Origin: Paraspadella gotoi
Lineage: Eukaryota; Animalia; Chaetognatha
DNA length: 64,000 nt
NCBI GenBank assembly: GCA_051294375.1
Contig: CM119267.1
Location: forward strand, 19,853,546-19,917,545
Direction: 5' to 3'
This document shows, piece by piece, positions 19,001 to 30,962 of this stretch (position 1 is the first letter of the stretch; each line of letters opens with the position of its first letter). The notes under the pieces were generated by a model. That model worked only from the letters and a program-made list of their open reading frames with translations, had not been told where the DNA came from and ran no database searches. A program made the position numbers and the translations under genes.

Positions 19001-20046
19001 AGATCAACTTTCGAAACATTTGAAGGCCCATCCGCGCTTCCCGACGAATGAAAGCATTTTTCAACGCTGGATGGTTTTTTAACCGAAATTTCCTTCGATT
19101 TGAACAAGGGCTTTTTTCCATTCGCGCAGTTCGCACTGACATTTTGCGACGGATCATCGATAAAAGGAGAATTAGACCTTTCGTCAAAATACGCGATATC
19201 GCTCTCTCCCTCCGGCTCGGCCGTCGAGGTTGAGACTTTGTAGGTTTTGTCGATTCCTCTCACCAGCCTCTCAAGGTCAGGGTCCAGCCCGTTCAAATCT
19301 AAAGGAGGAGAAGACTCGCCCTCGCCCTCGTCCGTCAATGCGACACGCTGAGAAATGAACAAATCGTTCTCTTCATCATCGCCTGGGATTTCCATATCGT
19401 CTGCGACGAAGTCATCGAGCTCATTCTGAAAACTCGAGGCATGATCGCCAGAGTTGGCCTTATCGGGGAAACCATCTCGCCGTAGTTGGAAATCTACGGA
19501 GCCTGGCGCGTCGGCTGTGAATTGAGTTTCTATTACAGTAGAGAAAATGTCCTCGTCGTCGAAAGGGTCGATGGATCGTTGATCCGACGAAACATTTTTT
19601 TCAAAAGTCTTCCGAGGAATGGGGGAGGAAGTTTCCGCCGCAGTAATTAGCAAATAACTTTCGACGGGCGACTGTTGAGTTTTAACTTGGGCGACCGGAC
19701 GATCGCCGACTACAGTTTCGACTTTCGTCCCGGAAGATGCCTCGACCACAGGGTCTAAAACGCCGTTGGTACGTTTCGGAGAGTTTTCCTGAGATTTAAA
19801 GGCGAAGTCTTTGATGCTCGGCTGTTTTTCCGTTTTCTTTTTGGAGGATTTCATCGGCGGCTGAAACATTCGCGACGTTGCCTTTTGAGTTGGCGTCGGC
19901 CGCTGGGAATGAGAGGGCATTTGGAAATCGTTGTCGTCGCCTGCGAAACTAGTTTCGCCGACCGATGATTTCTCCGCTGCATTTTCTTTCAGAGATGAAT
20001 TACGACGAAGAAACTTAAATCCACCTTTGGTCACGACAGTCGCCAT
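16036..20046 (-). CDS. BLM: Bloom syndrome RecQ helicase, single coding exon of ~4 kb
   Basis: [73 protein letters not shown], RQC zinc motif [12 protein letters not shown]...CDNC, HRDC-like region and basic NLS-like tail. Long acidic N-terminus. First in-frame ATG is at 20046. Confidence 0.93.
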   Translation of the reverse strand: [1336 protein letters not shown]

Positions 20047-20850
20047 CAGATCCAATCGATGTCTCGCAAAGGATTGCGAGGTGACCTAGTTTCTGTTTTC
20101 ATAATATGGGTTTCAAAGGCAAGAAACCTGCCCAGTTAATAAGCCATCTCTGCCAGAATGTCCTGTAAGCACGAAAATTTTCTTAAGTATAAACTCATGG
20201 CAAAGGTTAACAGACGGGTTTATCTTAACGAAAATATTTAAAAAGTGAACCGACAAAATTTTCACGACCTATTAGGGGTCGGTGAAAAAATCGCGTCCTT
20301 CATGAAAAACTGAAGTGGCAATGGAACGTATAAACGCGGAGACGTCTCAATATTTTTTCGTATCGAGTATTATTACAATACAATATAAAATAGATCACTG
20401 GGTTTACATTACTGAGTTAAAAATAATTACCAAATCAGGACATGTTAGTAACATAAGTAACAGGTAATCGAGCTACTTCATACTATACACATCACTGTTC
20501 GAGCGTATTTAAAAAGAGTTTTAAAACAATTCGTAGATAAAATCATGAGTAAAATTTTTGTGATAACAACGCACTAAGGTGCCTAATAATACTATCTATA
20601 AACTACGTTTTTTGGTTTTAAAAACGTTCTTTCGAACTTCAGATTTCATTTATTATTACAATCTTTCATTATAGAAAATTTAATCTCGCGATAAAGCGCA
20701 TTGTTGCCAGAAGCAGACGGATTATTTGCTAGAAATAAAATTAACCTTTTCTAGATTTTTCATGAGCTGTGCCAACGCTAAAAGTCAAGAGTTAAAAAAG
20801 TTCTTTGGAATGCTTTAATTTCTTTTTAATATTTGCTTTGGTTTTCTTCT

Positions 20851-24493
<3,643 letters not shown>

Positions 24494-24782
24494 TTACTAT
24501 TTGGCAATTAAGCGACGAAAGAAAGAAAAGTCGGAGTAAAAAGCGAGTATTTGATCTAAAACGAGTAAAAACATAACAAAAAATGACTTCCCAATTTATT
24601 TTTAGGAAAAACGAAATTTCAGCACATCTCAAATGGTAAGTAAATACGGCAAAAAATAAACGTAGTCTACCACTCACATGAGATCAAAACAATTTGCAAC
24701 AACAAAGATAAAATCAAATTGTTTTTTCGTTAGTAACGCAGTGAGGACAATATTAATAATATGAACATCGCTAACTAGCAAT

Positions 24783-26859
24783 TTAGCTTTTTCTCCATCT
24801 TTTCGCGAACTCTAGTAATTCCTTCATTGACTGCCTGACTTCGGGATTTTTGTTCCAATTCCGTTCAGTCATGGCGATGTACTCGCGCCGAAAATCCGGA
24901 CTCCCGTCCAAATCGCCGACCCGTTCTTCGTCCCAGACGGGTCGCCGGTTGAACCGAACAACGCAATAAATGAGCGCATGAGGTTGTTTCAGCGTGGGAT
25001 ATGGCTCGAGGCTTCTCGTGAACAGCTGCCATAGGCATATCGCCAACGAGTACATGTCGCACTTCCTGGTAGCCTGAAGACCGCAGAACAGCTCGGGCGC
25101 CGTGTAGGCAGGAGTTCCCGGGACGTGTAGAGAGAGTTGGCCCTTAAAATGATCGGGGGCGGTCGTGCGGGGCGCACGTCGAGCCGAAATGCAGCAACCG
25201 AAATCTCCGATCTTTAAAACGTCCTGAGAAGTGATGATGATGTTCGCTGGTTTGACGTCCATGTGAATGATGCCGTGGGAATGAACGTAATAAAGACCGG
25301 ACGCGATCTGCCTAATGTACCGCGTTAGTCTTTTCGACCCGAACCGTTTCTCAGAAGTTTCCAAAACGTTACGCAGATTTCGGTCTCCGGCATACTCCAT
25401 GAAGACGTAGACGGGTTCTTCGGGGTACGTGTGCCTCAAAGACATGGCGAGAGTTCTCACTATGTTTCGATGCTTCAGATTTAAAATTTTCTTTTCCGAA
25501 GTGTACGAATCTTGCCAATTACTGCCACTGCTGTCCGAATTCTTGGATTTTATCAACTTTCCAGACATGATCTTGATCGCCAATTCCATGTCGAACCATT
25601 TACCGAGAAAGACTTTTCCGAAACCACCGGAACCTAACAAATCGGTGACCACAATGTCGCACTGTTGCACTGCCTTGAGTGATATGCCGTCGCTGCGAAT
25701 CACACGAACCATGCGACTCTCTTCGGGCTTGGCATCGAACAAAAGCGTCACTACCGAAGTTTCTTCTACGTTCCCCGTGAGAACGAGATAATCTTTGCTG
25801 GAAATAGAAACTCGACTCGTGCGTCGAACGGTTTTAGAGAACGAAGAACTTTGAGGACTACCTATCGAGGAAGTGGAAGCCGGTGTGTTAATATCGAAGT
25901 AGGAAATTCCGGTTGGAGATAAACTTGGACTATCTGTTTCAGAAATAGACCCTGCCAAAGGTCCGTAATGAGGAACCGGGGACAGATCAACAACCGAATC
26001 TAAAACCCCAAGAAGGTGATCCCCGGAGGAAGCTTGCACTCCGCTGCCGCTTCCGTTGCTGCTCCCTGCTGCTGTGCCGCTTCCGTTTCCGCTCCCACTC
26101 TCAAACGATGGCAAAGACTAAAATTGCACAATACAAAAAACGAAATATCCGAAAACTCCGCTAAAGGATAAGCCGAACATGCACTACAATAATATAAAAT
26201 CCTACCGTGTTAACGATAGCTTTACTGAAGCTCGCGGACGCCAATTCCGCCGACAAGGAATGTCTGGGAAGGACCCTCGGCGACGAAGTGACGACGCCGA
26301 CGTCTTTATTTCTCTCAATATTTTTTGGCGTTGAAAAGTTAGGGTCGCCATCGACAACCGACTCGATAAACGCCTCGTCGAGTATCTCCTTGTCTCGACG
26401 GCCTGATCGGGACTGCGAAGCGGGAAAAAATTGGCGAGACTCGTTTTCTTCCCTTTCGTCGATGGAGACCCGTCTAGACACGGGGCTAAGACGCTTCTCA
26501 AACAACCGCCGACAGAGAGGCGTGAGACTTTTTCCACTGACGTTGAGGCATTTTGGAGACCCATCCTTGTGCTGAACGTTTTCGAGAAAGGATTTTCTAA
26601 GCGGCGACGGACTAAGACGGTTTAATTCACGGAAAGGACTTCGATTAGAGTCCAAACCCCTTGGCGTTAGCGACTTGTTGGCGATATTTTTCTTCGGAGC
26701 TTTTTGAGTTGATTGATGAGTTGATTGATCTTGAGCCAACTGAAAAAAACCTGGGCTTGCAAACTCTCCGCCGACTTTCTCTTCGTAAATCAAAAAAGGG
26801 GATTTCCGCATACTTTTTCGAGCGCTTTTGGGGGCATCGAGCGTTATTGTGGGAAACAT
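24783..26859 (-). CDS. MOS: Mos (MAPKKK) serine/threonine kinase with long N-terminal extension, 2 exons (26859-26206, 26117-24783)
   Basis: LGSGGFGKVF, LKHRNIVRTLA, FMEYAGDRNLRNVL, IHMDVKPANIII, KIGDFGCC, GTPAYTAPELFCG, SLAICLWQL...PY...HALIYCVVRFNRRP are Mos-type motifs. A phase-0 GTAGG...TTTTAG intron joins the 232-aa ORF to the kinase ORF. Confidence 0.88.
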
Positions 26860-27173
26860 GATGGCGGTAATGGAAAAGATTCAACATCTCCAACTATTCG
26901 TCTGTACAATCAAAATAATTATAAAAAATTAACAAGAGATATAGTCAATAAAAAAATATTATTTTTATATAGCTTTCAGACAAAAAAAGCTGCCCGCTAA
27001 GATGTAGTTGTACATATATTTTAAATTCCTTTGTAATTATATTTTTATTATGTAAATGAAAAACGTATCCAAATAAGGAAATTTTTACGCCACCCATAGT
27101 AAAATCTTTTTCAAATCAATGCGTAAGCTCGTTCCACGGACTAAATTTCGTCACACAATTTATATTTATGCAT

Positions 27174-28163
27174 TTATTGATCGAGTCCAATCCCAATAGG
27201 TTGCCGCTGCGTTTTAGGCAAATTGTGCGGACCAACACAAAAGTTAACGTTCTTGTACGATTTGCTGCCCATTTGTGAGTCCGTCGGAACCACTTGTCGA
27301 CGGCGAGTTGGCCCTTGAGTCGACGAATGCAAAGAGCGATCGTCTGAACAGGCCACACATTTTGGGATTGTCATTTCCGAAAGAGCTGGTTGGGCGTCCT
27401 GTCTGAGTATTCCGCGACTCGAAGGCTTTTCAATGGCCAGTGACGAGGGGGCGTTATCTCCGTTATTCGTGGTCTGATTACTGAGATCGTAGGCCTTTTG
27501 GTCGGTTTGAGGGCCTGCCAAATGATTTTGGTTCTGGTTTTGAGCCGTCAATGAATTGCGGGAACTCCTAGCCGACGGGGAATAAGGAACGTCGACTACC
27601 TGAGCCGGAAATGGGTCCGGATCCACGGGCTCCTCACTCTCCCACGAAACTCGACCGCAACCGCCGCAATAAAAAAGTTGGCCCAAACATATTTGCGGCG
27701 GGATATCGCCATTCGCGCATCCAGATCTGCTGCTATTGTTGACGTTCAATCCCGCGAAGGGACCGACGACCGGATTGATAACCGTTGACTTTTTCTTGGC
27801 AAACTGAATACGAATGGCCTTTTTAAGGAGGCCCCAAGCGATTGCCGCCGCCGTAATCGGTTCCACAAATTCCCGGCAAAACGGAATCTGAATCTCGAAG
27901 AGAGCGACGCAAAATTGCCGGAATTGAATAAAAAAGTGAAACCAAAAGTAGCGCGTGAATACGTGGGCTGCGACGACGCCGCAAAAGAGGGAAGTGACGG
28001 CGTTTCCTCCAATTTGCGCACGCGCCATGACAAAGACTGCCAATGTGGCTACAACCGTGGACGCGATCGGCACATAACTGAGAAAGTCGCGGACGGAACG
28101 GACAGGAACCAATTCGAAACGGCTTATCCATTTGACCTCGGGTGAGTGAAGAATTGAGTCCAT
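27174..28163 (-). CDS. Orphan 329-aa protein with N-terminal hydrophobic (TM-like) segments, single exon
   Basis: Uninterrupted ATG-initiated ORF with the GC content of neighbouring CDSs. Hydrophobic stretches at aa ~30-110, a CGGC motif and a disordered C-terminus. No family recognised. Confidence 0.7.
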   Translation of the reverse strand: MDSILHSPEVKWISRFELVPVRSVRDFLSYVPIASTVVATLAVFVMARAQIGGNAVTSLFCGVVAAHVFTRYFWFHFFIQFRQFCVALFEIQIPFCREFVEPITAAAIAWGLLKKAIRIQFAKKKSTVINPVVGPFAGLNVNNSSRSGCANGDIPPQICLGQLFYCGGCGRVSWESEEPVDPDPFPAQVVDVPYSPSARSSRNSLTAQNQNQNHLAGPQTDQKAYDLSNQTTNNGDNAPSSLAIEKPSSRGILRQDAQPALSEMTIPKCVACSDDRSLHSSTQGPTRRRQVVPTDSQMGSKSYKNVNFCVGPHNLPKTQRQPIGIGLDQ

Positions 28164-28310
28164 TGTTCGGCTATCTAAACCTTAACCGTTCTACCTCGGG
28201 CGTTTTCTTGTAACGCTGCCTCATCCTCCACAATCCCTACGACGCTTAAAACATTTTTTTTACACAACATAAACTTTAATAAAAACAAAACGTAAAAAAG
28301 ACGGTTGTTG

Positions 28311-29207
28311 TCAAGAGGCTCCGATTCTGGCTGCGGCGGTAGCCACGTGTTTTCGAACTACACCGTCCAAAACCGTGTGAATGTCTTTACAGCCTTTGTA
28401 GGCCACTTCGTGCACTTTATCCAAATGGTCTTTGTGCAATCGATTGTTCATCTCGAGATAAACTATTTGTCCCGATTTCGGCAAAACCGCCATCGACATG
28501 ACAGCCACCATGCCCGAATTCTCTTCGAGATGGGACATGTCCAAAATGGGGTGCTCGTCTTCCAACATTGACGCCGTGCATGCGCAAACGTAGTCTCTCA
28601 TCGCGATTCCTGAACGACGTACATCGTGTATCTATGTAGAATCCCGTTGACTACTAAGCCTACGCGAACTTACCCGCATCCACTAAAGCAAGAGTGGCAG
28701 CGTTGATGCAAGCGCAGAGATTTCCGCCGTCTGCTTGCAGCACCTCCACGTAAATGTCAATCTGAGACCGTGGGTACAGCTCGGTAAGAATAGCCGCTTC
28801 GAACGTCTGCTTGAGATGCATTGATATTTCCAAGGATTTGCGGTCTCCGTGTGGTCGTCGCTTACGCTCTCCGGTCGAAAAAGTGGCCATGGAAAATTGG
28901 CAGTTCAGGGCGGCGCGATCGTGAAGGCATTTTGTCTTAGAAGCGCGAGATTCGTGGGGCCCGTAGATGGCGGCTAGCACTTTGGTATTACCCTACAGAA
29001 AGAGGGCAATCGAGAATTTATTTCCAACCTTCAAAAAATTCTGGATCAATCTTGTTTTTCCCAGCCAAATTGTCTTGCCTGCTCCAAGTAAGAAGAGCCG
29101 TCGGCTTGAGAGAAAACTCCCATTTTACACTGAATCCTTCTCAATTCTCCAGGTCGTCGACCGTCGATGCGGAAACCTTGATCCGATAATAACTCGACGC
29201 CCGCCAT
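28311..29207 (-). CDS. EXOSC4: Exosome complex component RRP41 (3 exons; first intron GC-AG)
   Basis: MAGVELLSDQGFRIDGRRPGELRRIQCKMGVFSQADGSSYLEQ|GNTKVLAAIYGPHE...FSTGERKRRPHGDRKS...YPRSQIDIYVEVLQADGG...ALVDAGIAMRDYVCAC. Confidence 0.96.
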
Positions 29208-29445
29208 TTTGGTTTTTCAATCACAAAGTTTTAAATCACAAAGTTTTAAATCACAAATTTAAATCTAAAATTGAGGGAAAGGAATTTTTAACATGTCGAA
29301 ATATAACTCAAAGTGACCGAAAAAAGTGAAAGGGCGTCATTTTTCCCCAAAAATCTTCGGAAGCTGATTTTAACAAAAACAAAATTACCGGTTCATTACA
29401 GTTATATTTTGCCCGTAACAAAAAAAAATAAATCGTTCAATATTT

Positions 29446-30042
29446 TCACTTCTTGGCGGCTTTTTTTAGCGCGCAATAGGCCTTGTTGATCTCGTGGTTC
29501 CTGGCCTTCTTGGCTTTGGACAGCTTAAACCTCTCAAAATCGTTGAGGGTTGCCCGGGTTCGCCTCGCCACGACGCTCTTGTACAGAGGATTCTCCTTCC
29601 ACTGCTCGTCGATCTTGGCTTCCGCCCACGCCTTGGTTACCGTACCCGTTCGAGCGCCATGAGCGATCTTGATCTTGTACTTTAAAAGGCGCATGTGCTT
29701 GAACATCATGGCCTTGCGGGGAACACCTGGGGGTGTAGAAGAGAGACTAAATTGAAGGAGAATCGCCAGTCACTATGGGGGGATAAAAAAATAAAAATGA
29801 AAGAAAGATTTCTTACCCGGCCCGTCAACAAGGGCTCTGGTTTGATTGATCACATCAACGATGGCCACCAAACGATGTTTGTAGGGACCTGAGATTTTAA
29901 AACATAATTTTTAACCAGAGTCAAAAATAAATTTTAAATGAATATACAATTGAATAATAAATTGATTCGGGAAAAACATACCAATGCAGACGTAGGCCAC
30001 CTTGCCGATTTCAACAAAATTATTAAATACTCCGACACCCAT
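29446..30042 (-). CDS. RPL14: 60S ribosomal protein L14 (eL14), 3 exons
   Basis: VFNNFVEIGKVAYV / LVAIVDVIDQTRALVDGP / VPRKAM...ATLNDFERFKL. Confidence 0.95.
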
Positions 30043-30209
30043 TTTTCGGTCGCAAAAATTCTTTCGCTAAATAAGTTCTAAAGAAAACAAAAATATAAAT
30101 TGGGTTAAAAAATAACTGGGATGAAATGAAATTAGTAAACTTGTTACTAGATACATAGCAGAATATAAAAATGTGTATAATGGAAATTGGAAAAAAAAAA
30201 CTCTAGCGA

Positions 30210-30761
30210 TCATGAGTGTTCCTTTGACGTAAGCATGTCCATATAAGCTCCAGAAATGAGATCGTTCTCGACGATATTCAACTTCTCCATCAAGTCATTG
30301 GCGATTTTTTCGCCTTCCTTCAAGTCTTGATCATCGTTCATGACGACCTCGAGCTCCAAAAAAGCTCCGGGAAGACCCTCGACGCGATCCAGGTGCACAC
30401 GCGTTTGCCCCACCATGAAGAGATGGCGCACCTTCTTAACTTCGCCCATGACGCCCAACGAAGTAGACAAAACGGTTCTCAGAGAATCGGGATCTTCGAT
30501 TCTGGATTTCGAGTACTTGGACTCTTTGGGTCCTTCACGGTCGTTTCTGTTGTAGGCGATGAGCACGGCGTGGGTTAGGTCCGATTCTGGTTTCATTTGA
30601 TCTCTTTGATCTCTGAGTTTAAGTCTACCGTTGGGAACCTCGAAGAATGTGTCCCGTTGCTCCAAGACGACCGGCTTCGGATCGTCAGAAATTTTCGCCG
30701 CTAAACTTTTGGCGACTTCGAAATCTTCGGTTCGAGCCTTAATCTCCATATTCGACGGCAT
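30210..30761 (-). CDS. CYTH-domain (class IV adenylate cyclase / triphosphate tunnel metalloenzyme-like) protein, single exon
   Basis: MPSNMEIKAR (ExExK-type motif), QRDTFFEVPNGRLKLR, GEVKKVRHLFMVGQTRVHLDRVEGL, FLELEVVM and ISGAYMDML. Confidence 0.9.
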   Translation of the reverse strand: MPSNMEIKARTEDFEVAKSLAAKISDDPKPVVLEQRDTFFEVPNGRLKLRDQRDQMKPESDLTHAVLIAYNRNDREGPKESKYSKSRIEDPDSLRTVLSTSLGVMGEVKKVRHLFMVGQTRVHLDRVEGLPGAFLELEVVMNDDQDLKEGEKIANDLMEKLNIVENDLISGAYMDMLTSKEHS

Positions 30762-30962
30762 TTTCAAAGAAGCCTTGAAGGTCAGAAGCTAAAAATAACG
30801 AAAGATTAAAATCCTATAAAACGGAAAATGTAAAAGTCGGTTTAAAAAATAAAAGTAGTTAAAATTTTTGTGTGCAATGTGTAGCTCTTGTCATTAACAG
30901 CCACATTCTGAAAAACGTTTGAGAGCCATAAATCTTTTCACCAGACATGTTATAACCATTAA

